A DNA stretch of 64,000 nt from Eubacteriales bacterium. Its GTDB lineage: Bacteria; Bacillota; Clostridia; Oscillospirales; CAG-272. The stretch lies in contig JAZUSJ010000081.1 in the NCBI GenBank assembly GCA_045606685.1, forward strand, positions 10,439 through 74,438, written 5' to 3'. Below the pieces are notes generated by a model. The model did not search any database. It saw nothing but the letters and a program-made list of their open reading frames with translations, and was not told where the DNA came from. Each line of letters begins with the position of its first letter. Positions within the stretch are counted from its first letter, which is position 1. Shown one piece after another: positions 46,249 through 55,421 of this stretch. A program made the position numbers and the translations under genes.

Positions 46249-46907
46249 AACGGGCTTTATCATTCATCTGCGTATTGCTGATGCTGACTCCGTTGATGCG
46301 TTTTTCATGTTATGCAAAATCGCAAGAAAAGCACAAATTGATCGCTCTGACTTTTGACGACGGACCGCATCCAAGACAGACGAAACAGATTTTGGAAGTG
46401 CTTGATAAATATGATATCAAAGCAACGTTTTTCGTGATCGGAATCAACGTCAAAAATTATCCCGGCATTGTTGAACAAGTCATACAGCACGGGCATGAAA
46501 TTGGGAATCACACCTATACGCATTCACACGCAGCAAAGCTGGACGCAGATGCATTTGAGCAGCAAATTCTGGACTGCGAAAGAGAAATATTTATGCAAAC
46601 AGGGAAGTCCCCTGTGCTGTTTCGCCCTCCCGAAGGCGCTATCAGCGTTCAAATGAAAGGGATCGTTCACGATCTTGGCTATGTAAATGTTCTATGGAGT
46701 TTGGATACGCTTGATTGGGCGCATACACCGCCCGAATCCATCAGCGCCAAGATCGTGGAAAATGCTACGCACGGTGACATCATTCTCATGCACGACTATA
46801 TAGGTGCGAACAGTCCCACCGTGCAAGCCTTGGAGATGTTTATTCCGCAGCTGCTTGATATGGGATTTACGTTCGTGACGGTAAGCGAATTGCTGGAATA
46901 TAAGTAA
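46245..46907 (+). CDS. polysaccharide deacetylase family protein (NodB domain)
   Basis: LIALTFDDGPHPRQTKQILEVLDKYDIKATFFVIG...GHEIGNHTYTH...FRPPEG...ILMHD. Signal peptide present. Its start overlaps the upstream stop (ATGA). Confidence 0.88.
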   Translation: MKRALSFICVLLMLTPLMRFSCYAKSQEKHKLIALTFDDGPHPRQTKQILEVLDKYDIKATFFVIGINVKNYPGIVEQVIQHGHEIGNHTYTHSHAAKLDADAFEQQILDCEREIFMQTGKSPVLFRPPEGAISVQMKGIVHDLGYVNVLWSLDTLDWAHTPPESISAKIVENATHGDIILMHDYIGANSPTVQALEMFIPQLLDMGFTFVTVSELLEYK

Positions 46908-46937
46908 AAGCCAACCGCCCCAAAGCGGTTGGCTTTT
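46906..46937. terminator. bidirectional terminator
   Basis: 13-bp stem AAAAGCCAACCGC / GCGGTTGGCTTTT, loop CCCAAA. Confidence 0.75.
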
Positions 46938-46941
46938 ACTA

Positions 46942-47913
46942 TCAGTCCTGTTGGGATTGATCGGCTGTATCGTTGTTGACTGTGACGGGATCGATCATAT
47001 GCTTTTTTATGATCGGATAAGCTGCGTATACCGAAATAAATCCGATCAGTGCAAACATAATGAATGCGGGAATAAAGAATAAGAAGCCTAAATTATACTG
47101 TAATCCGACTATGCCGAGTGCCGCCCATAGTGCCAGACAAAGCACAATGCCAAGTGCTGCCATCAGATTTCGTTTGATACCGAGCGCTGTAAAGATCAAA
47201 GCATTTTTCAGCATTTTATAAATGGAAATATTAAACGTGATCATCATCAGATACATGTACATTCTCATAAAAAGATACACGATGATCAAAGCAGTTATGA
47301 TAAAGAACATCAAATAAGACCAGTATCCGGATCGCATGCTCCATGTGTACATAAAGTCTATGATCAGGATGATGATCGCAGCCGCATCTAAAAGGCCCAG
47401 AAGTAAACCTTGTTTGAAATTCTTCTTGATCGCGTATATATAGTCCGAAAACATGAACACACCATCACCTCGAACAAGTCCGCGAAGGATGTAGGTCACA
47501 GCAGTATTCTGCCAGCCCCATGTGATTGCCAAAATACCGATCAGCACATATGGCAGCCAGCTTGCATAAGAATCATACGTGATAAAGTTTACCTGAGGCA
47601 GCATGTGCATCATTTTTGTCATAAGCTCAGAGCCTGAAACACCGGTCATATGACTACCTGCAAGAACTGAAAATCCCGGGCTGCTCAGCGTCGGCATTTG
47701 CGGACCGTTAAAAAAGATGTATATGGCAATCACGATAGGAAGCACCATACCGAACATCATCAGATTCAGTGTAAGCAGATTAGAGAACTTACGGAAAAAG
47801 AGCTTGAAGAAATACTTCAGATTTGGTGTGGTATCCTCACCGGGTTCAACACCTTTTCCGTCACGGTTCATATTAAAGATATTGGGGATCTTGAATTTTT
47901 TTTGCTTTTCCAA
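46942..47913 (-). CDS. polytopic membrane protein, DUF624/YesL-like
   Basis: 323 aa with 6 or more TM helices. The N-terminal FKLFFRKFSNLLTLNLMMFGMVLPIVI resembles YesL-family proteins. TTG start after AAAGGA. Confidence 0.6.
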   Translation of the reverse strand: MEKQKKFKIPNIFNMNRDGKGVEPGEDTTPNLKYFFKLFFRKFSNLLTLNLMMFGMVLPIVIAIYIFFNGPQMPTLSSPGFSVLAGSHMTGVSGSELMTKMMHMLPQVNFITYDSYASWLPYVLIGILAITWGWQNTAVTYILRGLVRGDGVFMFSDYIYAIKKNFKQGLLLGLLDAAAIIILIIDFMYTWSMRSGYWSYLMFFIITALIIVYLFMRMYMYLMMITFNISIYKMLKNALIFTALGIKRNLMAALGIVLCLALWAALGIVGLQYNLGFLFFIPAFIMFALIGFISVYAAYPIIKKHMIDPVTVNNDTADQSQQD

Positions 47914-47952
47914 AACAGTGAATTCCTTTTTATATAATGATTTTGTATAATG

Positions 47953-48726
47953 TTACTTGCTGTCGGGTGTATTTTGGTGCAATACCTCAAATGCAATGAC
48001 CGTCGTAGCAGAGGCTGCAGAGAGTGATCCGTTGAATTCTCGGCCATAGTCGATGCGTACAATCTGATCTGCTTTACTTAAAATATTACGAGAAATGCCG
48101 CGTTTTTCGCCACCAACGATCAGTAAAAGCGGCTTTTTTAGATCAGCTTCATATATGCTCACAGAATCACGGATTCCTGCACATACAATGCGATAACCGG
48201 CTCTGACAAAAGCATCTATGGCAACATCCTGCTCATCGACTCGGATATCAAGCATCTCTGAGGTGCCTGCGGAGGATTTCGCAACCGTGCCTGCAGCACA
48301 CAATCTGTTTTGCGGTGGAAATACCACACCGTTAACACCTGCGGCATACAAGGATCTGAGCGTGTATCCGAGATTAAACGGATCTTCAATGCCATCAGGC
48401 ATAACCCAAAATCCATCAGTTGATAAAACCTTGCAGTCGTTATATTCACGGTCACTGCACAAAGCAATGATGCCACCGTGCGTCGTACCTTGTGTAAGTT
48501 GATCGATCACTTGCGATGAAACGAATTCGATAGAATAATTGTGCTGATCGGCCATAGCCTTAAGATAACCGATCTCTCGGTATTTACTGCGTTTTTTATC
48601 AGCATCCACCAATACGGTATAAATCATACGCAAATTCAAACCGGCTTCACGGCCATGGATCAACGCCGATATCGACGTCATGCCTTCAAGCACGCATGAA
48701 TATGAAATATCATGATAAAGTGACAT
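47953..48726 (-). CDS. TrmH/SpoU-family RNA 2'-O-methyltransferase (RlmB-like)
   Basis: LLLIVGGEKRGISRNILSKADQIVRIDYGREFNGSLSAASATTVIAFEV is the SpoU C-terminal knot motif. Confidence 0.82.
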   Translation of the reverse strand: MSLYHDISYSCVLEGMTSISALIHGREAGLNLRMIYTVLVDADKKRSKYREIGYLKAMADQHNYSIEFVSSQVIDQLTQGTTHGGIIALCSDREYNDCKVLSTDGFWVMPDGIEDPFNLGYTLRSLYAAGVNGVVFPPQNRLCAAGTVAKSSAGTSEMLDIRVDEQDVAIDAFVRAGYRIVCAGIRDSVSIYEADLKKPLLLIVGGEKRGISRNILSKADQIVRIDYGREFNGSLSAASATTVIAFEVLHQNTPDSK

Positions 48727-48802
48727 AAAACAACTCCTGTATGTTCATAAAACGCATGCTTGATGCATAAATTGAAACAGAAATAAGACGTGAGGTGCGC
48801 GT

Positions 48803-49105
48803 ATGATGTACATATCTTCAGAAAAAGAAAGATGCGTATTGCTTGCCAATTATCTGATCGAAAACGATGCAACTGTCAGAGCAGCCGCAGCAAGATTCGG
48901 GATCAGCAAAAGTACGGTACATAAGGACGTAACGCAAGTATTGCCTAAGGTAAACAGGTCTTTGTATCTGCATGCAAAGCAGGTTCTTGAAAAAAACAAG
49001 AGGGAAAGGCATTTGCGCGGTGGGCAGGCTACAAAAGAAAAGTATCTGTCTAACCCCGGCCAAAACAGCAAAAATACCCGGGGAAGTACCCCAAGGGGGC
49101 TATAA
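48803..49105 (+). CDS. spoIIID: sporulation transcriptional regulator SpoIIID
   Basis: ERCVLLANYLIENDATVRAAAARFGISKSTVHKDVTQVLPKVNRSLYLHAKQVLEKNKRERHLRGGQATKEKY is collinear with B. subtilis SpoIIID. Confidence 0.9.
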   Translation: MMYISSEKERCVLLANYLIENDATVRAAAARFGISKSTVHKDVTQVLPKVNRSLYLHAKQVLEKNKRERHLRGGQATKEKYLSNPGQNSKNTRGSTPRGL

Positions 49106-49459
49106 TTGCCTTTTTCAGTCCCCTACATTATACAAAACTTTAATTTTGTATAATGACATAGATTCCGTAAAGGTATGCCCTGTTGGTGTATCTCTGCTTA
49201 AAACCGAATATCATTATAACATAGAAAAATTCCAAATACAAGGTATCTGTATAAATTTAACTTATAGCGCGAGAAAAATTTACATTAATCTTGATTTGAC
49301 AACTTGCATTCTTCCCTCGGAGTGTGTCAACCTAACTAAATTACAAGCCATAAATCTGTATAATATCCCGATTTTAGAAAATATACTTTACTTTGCGACC
49401 ATTTATATGTTATAATAATAAAAACCGGTTTATTTTGCCGGTAAGGAGGAAAAAATATT

Positions 49460-49879
49460 ATGGCTATTAAAATGCGCGTACTTTGCACCCCCGGTAAAAA
49501 GAAGCTGGTGTCTATCACACAGATGATCAAGCAGGAATTTGAGCTGAATATCAATGCTGCTGACGTGATTCCCCCTGCTTATTCTTGTGACAAGGAAAGA
49601 TTGGTCGTCCTGGTTGTTACCTGTAAGGGTTCGTTGAAGGATGATGTTCGCCTGTTTATCAGTGAGCTTAACAAAACACGTGCCGCAAATGTCGCTCTTA
49701 TGATCGACGGCACACCCGAAGGTGACGCTTACGTTCGTTCTCTGCTTCAGTCTGCAGGCACAAATATTTGCCCCGATACACTTTACATCAACGGCGGCAA
49801 TTTGTTCAACTCCAAGATCAGTGATCAGGAAAAGACCGACATTCTTGCTTGGGTAAACAAGTGCATTGCAGCTATCTGA
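49460..49879 (+). CDS. hypothetical protein (139 aa, alpha/beta; family not recognised)
   Basis: Strong RBS AAGGAGG. The ORF is followed by a clean terminator. No motif identified. Confidence 0.6.
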   Translation: MAIKMRVLCTPGKKKLVSITQMIKQEFELNINAADVIPPAYSCDKERLVVLVVTCKGSLKDDVRLFISELNKTRAANVALMIDGTPEGDAYVRSLLQSAGTNICPDTLYINGGNLFNSKISDQEKTDILAWVNKCIAAI

Positions 49880-49884
49880 GCAAA

Positions 49885-49916
49885 ATAAAAAAAGAGGCTC
49901 GCGCCTCTTTTTTTAT
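49885..49916. terminator. bidirectional terminator
   Basis: AAAAAAAGAGGC-TCGC-GCCTCTTTTTTT: the stem is flanked by an A-run and a T-run. Confidence 0.8.
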
Positions 49917-50629
49917 TACTTGGATTTCAAGTATTCTATCAAATCGTCAAAGCTGCCGTTCGGATACTGCGCAATATCTTGATTATGCGGATTGATGAGA
50001 TCACGTGTAACCAGGAACACGTCGCACCCAAGCTGCTTGGCGATCATATCTTCCGCGACGTTATTGCCAACCATCAAACATTTTTCAGGATCACCCCCCG
50101 TGCGCTCGAACAGCTCGCGGTAGTACATCAGATTAGGTTTGCAATAATGCGAGTTTTCATACACTGTGATATCGTAAAAATCTGTGGGATTCAACCCGGC
50201 CCAACCAAGTCTGATCTGCGTGGCTATACGTGGAAAAAACGGATTGGTGGCTACGATCATGGGTATATTCTGACGTTTGATATAATCTACAGCTTTTGCA
50301 GCGGCAGGATCATATCCGCAGGATTGGCGTACCTGTGTATCGAATTTCGTAGCATAGAATTCTTCGATATCCTCCACCTTGATCAGAACCCCGGTCTTTT
50401 CGTAATAGGTATTATAAAAATCAGCAAACGCCTGCTTGTTGGTACGGGATCCGTCATTGGCGATCACATAGCGCAGACTTCCCTCCAATACTTCTCCGAC
50501 AATTTTTGGGGAAACGCCCGAGGGGGCTACGTGTTTGATCAAAGCACCGTAAAAGTATTTGACAAAGGTTGGCTCGTGCATCGGCAGCAGAGTGCCGTCC
50601 AGATCAAATAAAATTGCCTGATATTGCAT
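49916..50629 (-). CDS. HAD-family hydrolase
   Basis: N-terminal AILFDLDGTLLPM (DxDGT), VATNPF, VGNNVAEDM. Confidence 0.85.
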   Translation of the reverse strand: MQYQAILFDLDGTLLPMHEPTFVKYFYGALIKHVAPSGVSPKIVGEVLEGSLRYVIANDGSRTNKQAFADFYNTYYEKTGVLIKVEDIEEFYATKFDTQVRQSCGYDPAAAKAVDYIKRQNIPMIVATNPFFPRIATQIRLGWAGLNPTDFYDITVYENSHYCKPNLMYYRELFERTGGDPEKCLMVGNNVAEDMIAKQLGCDVFLVTRDLINPHNQDIAQYPNGSFDDLIEYLKSK

Positions 50630-50642
50630 ACGGATACCTCGA

Positions 50643-51377
50643 TCAATGGCTGAAGAAATACGGGAAATGCGTATCCTCGATCAATAGCTCGCCGTTCCGG
50701 TCGGTGATTACAATATAGTTGGCTGCATTTTTATCACTGCCGATATCGCTTCGGAACGTTCCGTTATTTTTGTGAATCGAGTACTGAAGAACAAATTCAT
50801 ACTGAGTATAATCACCCAGCTTTTTGTCGGACACCTTTTTTTGTCCCATATTGGTGATCTTGATATCGTAGAGCTGCGTCATGGTAAAGCCGGGATCTGG
50901 CTCAATGCCTTTGTGCTCGAAATAATAGTCGCTGAAGCATGCGTTGTAAGCATCCACGTCACCAGCAATAATGGCGTCTACCATATTGTAAAGCAATGTC
51001 ACACCCATAGCTTGCTTGTCACAGTTGCTTTCATCAAGTACGACCACGGATCCGTACTGGTCGCTGGATGCGTAATAATAAACGCTTCTGTCAAGTGCAA
51101 GGTATTCTTTGTCCTTCATGATGTTATGGTCATAATCAATCGGATAAAAAATATTGGTAAAGTCATTTCCCTGATACTCATTTTTAGCACCGTTGATCCA
51201 TGGGAAATAACCGCTCAGAGTCTGTTCGAGCAAATCGTAAAAGAATGCCGAGAAAATGAAGTACACCAATACGAACGCCACCATAATACAAAACGTAATG
51301 ATAATGATCTTTTTGAGCTTTTTGGTTTGCTCACGCGCACTTCTCGGAATATTTGCCTGTTGATTTTCTTGATTCAC
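50643..51377 (-). CDS. membrane-anchored hypothetical protein
   Basis: GTG start 8 nt after AAGGAG. Basic N-terminus, then one TM helix (IIIITFCIMVAFVLVYFIFSAFF), then a soluble domain with no recognised motif. Confidence 0.65.
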   Translation of the reverse strand: MNQENQQANIPRSAREQTKKLKKIIIITFCIMVAFVLVYFIFSAFFYDLLEQTLSGYFPWINGAKNEYQGNDFTNIFYPIDYDHNIMKDKEYLALDRSVYYYASSDQYGSVVVLDESNCDKQAMGVTLLYNMVDAIIAGDVDAYNACFSDYYFEHKGIEPDPGFTMTQLYDIKITNMGQKKVSDKKLGDYTQYEFVLQYSIHKNNGTFRSDIGSDKNAANYIVITDRNGELLIEDTHFPYFFSH

Positions 51378-51504
51378 AAAGAGATCTCCTTATGTCAGAA
51401 TGATTTATTTTATTATATCACAAAGTCCCGTCAAAAACAAGGTTGATTACAAGGAAAGGTATGAATTTCTTGCAAATTTTTTTGGAATGTTTGCGTCAAA
51501 TGTG

Positions 51505-51533
51505 TTGTATATTTTCAAGGATTGTGGTATAAT
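51505..51533 (+). promoter_or_regulatory. sigma-A-type promoter (TTGTAT-17-TATAAT)
   Basis: TTGTAT at 51505-51510, a 17-nt spacer, TATAAT at 51528-51533. This puts the ORF-track start at 51522 inside the promoter. Confidence 0.55.
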
Positions 51534-51563
51534 AGTATGAATATTTATATCCCGGAGCTAATT

Positions 51564-53438
51564 ATGAAATATCTTGTTTTAATTCCAGACGGAATGGCCG
51601 ATGTAAAGGTCGAACAGTTAAGCGATCAGACTCCCATGCAGGCTGCGTATAAGCCTTGTATGGATACGCTTGCCAAGGAATCCATGGTAGGTATGGTATC
51701 CAACGTACCCGAAGGTATGGTGCCTGAAAGCGACACCGCAAATATGGCTATTTTGTCGTTTGACCCTAAGGTTTATTCCCGCGGTCGCTCTCCCTTGGAG
51801 GCTGTCAGCATGGGAATCGATATGCAGGCGGATGAAACGGCCTTCCGCTGTAATCTCGTCACACTCTCGGAAGATGAGGACGAATATGAGCAGAAAATCA
51901 TGATCGATCATAGCGCGGATGAGATCACTACAGAAGAAGCAGATCAGCTGATCAAAGCTCTGCAGGAGCATTTCGGTAACGATCAACGCACGTTCCATAC
52001 CGGAGTCAGCTACCGCCATTGCTTGATCTGGAAAAACCGCCCCGATCAATATCCTTTTATGCGGCCGCATGACATTCTCGGTCAGTGTATTGCACAGCAT
52101 CTTCCTTTGGCAGAAGGTGGCGAGGAATATTATGCACTCATGAAAGAAAGCTATGAGGTGCTCAACCATCACCCCGTAAATGAAGCCAGAAGAGCCCGCG
52201 GATTGCGTCCTGCAAATTCTGCTTGGCTCTGGAGTCCCGGAAAAAAGCCCACACTTCCCTCCTTTAAAGAAAAATGGGGAATTGACGGTGCTGTAATTTC
52301 GGCTGTGGATCTGATCAAAGGAATCGGACTTTGCGCGGGTATGCAATCCATTGACGTACCCGGCGCTACCGGTAATGTACACACCAATTATGACGGAAAG
52401 GCACAGGCAGCAATTGACGCATTCAAGTCGGGAACGGATTTCGTGTACATCCACGTAGAAGCTCCCGATGAGTGCGGACACCGCGGTGAGATTGAAAACA
52501 AGGTGCTGTCGATCGAGCTGATTGATAAACTGATCCTGAAACCGGTCAGCGAATACCTTGCCGATTGTGGCGAGGATTATAAGATCCTTGTTTTGCCCGA
52601 TCATCCAACGCCTTTGGAAATTCGCACACACTCCTCTGATCCCGTTCCGTTCATGCTATACGATTCACAAAAAATCTACGATGGTGTGGATTGCTTCGAT
52701 GAACAATCCGCAAGTATGACCGAGGTCGTGGTAGAGCACGGACACGATCTGCTGGAAATGGTAATAGAGCGCGATGATACAGAGAAGAATCCGAACGGCA
52801 AAGAATCAAACAAGCAAAAAAAAAGCGGATTCGCCTCGGGATTATTCGACTATCTTGAGATTTTTGTTGTTTCCATAGCCGCTGTCCTGTTGGTGTTTAC
52901 ATTTGGTGCAAGACTTTGTCGCGTCGATGGCGGTTCTATGAAAAACTCTTTTGAGGATGGCCAGATGCTGATCATCAGTAATTTCTTTTACACACCGGAT
53001 AACGGTGACGTGATCGTATTCCATCAGATCGAGTATTTCCAAAAACCGCTTGTCAAGCGCGTGATCGCAACTGGTGGTCAGACTGTTACAATCAACTTTG
53101 AAAGAAAGTCCATTGAGATCAAGAATACAAAAACCGGAGAACCCGTTGCATTTAACGATGAATTCGCTACGTATTACAATCCCGATGAAACAGATTTCGG
53201 TGACCGGTACGCCTGGGAGAACAACTGGGAACACAGTGAACTGTACAAGAAGGTAAACGCTGTATATAATGAGCAGGACGGTTCATACACGTTTGATGTA
53301 CCCGAAGGCATGCTGTTTGTAATGGGCGATAACCGAAATAACTCCTCAGACAGCCGCCTGCTTGGCTTTATTGACGAAAGAACCGTGCTTGGCAAAGCAA
53401 TCGTTCGCGTCAAGCCCTTTGACATTTATCTTGATTAA
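51564..53438 (+). CDS. fusion protein: ApgM-family cofactor-independent phosphoglycerate mutase-like enzyme (proposed homoserine kinase family) + signal peptidase I
   Basis: N-terminal ~400 aa: MKYLVLIPDGMAD...SDTANMAILSFDP...GRSPLEA...AFRCNLVT...IHVEAPDECGH...VLPDHPTP...HSSDPVPFMLY. A linker follows, then the TM helix YLEIFVVSIAAVLLVFTF and LepB boxes: GGSM (Ser), KRVIATGGQTV (Lys), GDNRNNSSDSR. One uninterrupted frame. Confidence 0.85.
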   Translation: MKYLVLIPDGMADVKVEQLSDQTPMQAAYKPCMDTLAKESMVGMVSNVPEGMVPESDTANMAILSFDPKVYSRGRSPLEAVSMGIDMQADETAFRCNLVTLSEDEDEYEQKIMIDHSADEITTEEADQLIKALQEHFGNDQRTFHTGVSYRHCLIWKNRPDQYPFMRPHDILGQCIAQHLPLAEGGEEYYALMKESYEVLNHHPVNEARRARGLRPANSAWLWSPGKKPTLPSFKEKWGIDGAVISAVDLIKGIGLCAGMQSIDVPGATGNVHTNYDGKAQAAIDAFKSGTDFVYIHVEAPDECGHRGEIENKVLSIELIDKLILKPVSEYLADCGEDYKILVLPDHPTPLEIRTHSSDPVPFMLYDSQKIYDGVDCFDEQSASMTEVVVEHGHDLLEMVIERDDTEKNPNGKESNKQKKSGFASGLFDYLEIFVVSIAAVLLVFTFGARLCRVDGGSMKNSFEDGQMLIISNFFYTPDNGDVIVFHQIEYFQKPLVKRVIATGGQTVTINFERKSIEIKNTKTGEPVAFNDEFATYYNPDETDFGDRYAWENNWEHSELYKKVNAVYNEQDGSYTFDVPEGMLFVMGDNRNNSSDSRLLGFIDERTVLGKAIVRVKPFDIYLD

Positions 53439-53458
53439 TCCCCGAAAGGAAAACAAAA

Positions 53459-54337
53459 ATGCCCTCACAGGTAATTCAATGGTTCCCGGGACACATGGCC
53501 AAAACGCGCCGTCTGATCTCGGAGAACCTGAAAAACGTCGACATTATTATTGAAATTCTTGACGCAAGAATTCCATATTCCTCGCGAAACCCCGAAATCG
53601 GCAAGTTGATCGGGGATAAACCCACATTGCTGTTACTCAACAAGGCTTCCCTTGCCGATCCTGCCGCGAGCAAATACTGGGTGCAGCATTATACCAATGA
53701 TCACACCGTATGCATCCTGACAGATTGCATAGGCGGAGAAGGCATCAAGCAACTCAGCCCGGCCATACACGACATACTGATTGAAAAGGTAGAAAGATAC
53801 AAAAACAAAGGAATGACCGGCAGAAAGCTTCGCGCCATGGTGTTGGGAGTCCCCAACGTGGGAAAATCCTCTTTGATCAACAAACTGTGCGGAAACAAAA
53901 AAGCCAAGGTCGAAAACCGTCCCGGTGTTACGGTTGATAAGCAATGGGTAGCTACAAACATCGGCATCGATCTTTTGGATATGCCCGGTATTCTTTGGCC
54001 CAAATTTGAAGAAAAGACTGTTGGCGAAAACCTGGCTATCACAGGCGCGATCAAGGACGATATATTGGACATTGAGGAGATCGCTATGATCCTTTGCGGC
54101 CGTTTGCGCAAGCTCTACCCTGCCCTTTTAAGTGAAAGATACAAGCTGGGTGATCTTTCCCAATATCAGGAAATGAGCGATTACGATCTGATGCTTGCAA
54201 TCGGAAAGAAACGAGGCTTTTTGATCTCGGGCGGCGAAGTGCATTCGGAGCGTACGGCAAATATGCTGTTGGATGAATACCGTGCAGGAAAGATCGGACG
54301 AGTAACGCTGGATACGATTCCCGAGCATAAGGAGTGA
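53459..54337 (+). CDS. rbgA: ribosome biogenesis GTPase A (YlqF/RbgA)
   Basis: IQWFPGHMAKTRR, LLLNKASLAD (circularly permuted G4), GVPNVGKSSLIN (G1), DMPGILWP. Confidence 0.95.
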   Translation: MPSQVIQWFPGHMAKTRRLISENLKNVDIIIEILDARIPYSSRNPEIGKLIGDKPTLLLLNKASLADPAASKYWVQHYTNDHTVCILTDCIGGEGIKQLSPAIHDILIEKVERYKNKGMTGRKLRAMVLGVPNVGKSSLINKLCGNKKAKVENRPGVTVDKQWVATNIGIDLLDMPGILWPKFEEKTVGENLAITGAIKDDILDIEEIAMILCGRLRKLYPALLSERYKLGDLSQYQEMSDYDLMLAIGKKRGFLISGGEVHSERTANMLLDEYRAGKIGRVTLDTIPEHKE

Positions 54338-54344
54338 GGATATC

Positions 54345-54956
54345 ATGCTGCAATATCAACTTGAAACGGAGCTTTACGAGCGCGGATATACACAGGTTTG
54401 CGGTGTGGACGAAGCAGGACGAGGCCCTTTGTGCGGCCCGGTTGTCGCTGCTGCATGCATTCTGCCGTGCGGTCTTGTCATTCCGGAACTGAACGACTCC
54501 AAAAAGCTTTCAGAGAAAAAAAGAGACATATTATTTGAACAGATCAAGGAAAATGCGATCTCTTACAGCATTGCGTGTGCAACCGTGGAGGAGATCGACC
54601 AACTCAACATTTTGGAAGCCACGCTTTTGGCTATGCGTCGTGCGATCGACGGCTTGGAAACAAAAGCGGATTTTGCGTTGATCGACGGCAACGTAGCAAG
54701 AGATTTTCAGATCGATGCCAAGGCCGTCATTTCCGGTGATGCAACGTCACCTTCCATAGCAGCTGCGTCCATTTTGGCCAAGGTCACGCGTGACCGTATG
54801 TGTATTGAGCTTGATGCTGCATATCCGCAATACGGCATTGCCAAGCACAAGGGCTATGGAACAAAAGCACATATGCAGGCCTTGCGTGAATACGGCCCTT
54901 CCCCCATTCACAGAAAACAGTTTATCCGTTTTCTTGATAAAGAGAAGCATGGATAA
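54345..54956 (+). CDS. rnhB: ribonuclease HII
   Basis: VCGVDEAGRGPLCGPVVAAA...DSKKLS...ASILAKVTRD...GYGT..H. Confidence 0.95.
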   Translation: MLQYQLETELYERGYTQVCGVDEAGRGPLCGPVVAAACILPCGLVIPELNDSKKLSEKKRDILFEQIKENAISYSIACATVEEIDQLNILEATLLAMRRAIDGLETKADFALIDGNVARDFQIDAKAVISGDATSPSIAAASILAKVTRDRMCIELDAAYPQYGIAKHKGYGTKAHMQALREYGPSPIHRKQFIRFLDKEKHG

Positions 54957-55401
54957 AGCGCAGGTCGGAAAACGCGGTGAACAGGTCGCCGCAAAATATC
55001 TGAAACGACACGGATACGAGATACTTGAGCGAAATATTCATATTTCTCATCAAGAAATAGATATTATCGCGATCAACCGTGAATGCATTGCTTTTGTCGA
55101 GGTGAAAACACGTTTGCTGGAACCCGGTCGTGCCGATCGTTACACAACGCCATCCGCAGCAGTAACTCCCGAAAAAAGACGGTTTCTATTAAAAGCTGCC
55201 TTTGCTTACATGGGAGAGCACGGATACGAGCTTCAGCCGCGTATGGACGTCATCGAGGTCTATTTAACACCCGATCAGATCGTTCCCCCTCTGTCAAGAC
55301 TTTGGGAGAAGGTAACCGGAATTTTTGGTACACCGAAAAGACAGGTGCTGCGAATCAATCACATTGAAAATGCCTTTGGCTTGAACGGATACATAACGTG
55401 A
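54949..55401 (+). CDS. YraN-family (UPF0102) endonuclease-like protein
   Basis: GKRGEQVAAKYLKRHGYEILERNIHISHQEIDIIA...IAFVEVKTR...AVTPEKRR. It carries an insertion of about 25 aa before the C-terminal INHIENAF. The ATG at 54949 overlaps the rnhB end. Confidence 0.8.
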   Translation: MDKAQVGKRGEQVAAKYLKRHGYEILERNIHISHQEIDIIAINRECIAFVEVKTRLLEPGRADRYTTPSAAVTPEKRRFLLKAAFAYMGEHGYELQPRMDVIEVYLTPDQIVPPLSRLWEKVTGIFGTPKRQVLRINHIENAFGLNGYIT

Positions 55402-55421
55402 AGTCGGAATGGAGTAAAAAC

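Noticed and set aside
51618-52631. 337-aa minus-strand ORF inside the ApgM-like domain (also 35816..36766 in polC, 60261..61019 over clpP, 59009..59701 over tig, 9758..10624 in yfhO)
   Set aside because: All are antisense to confidently identified genes and lack translation signals.
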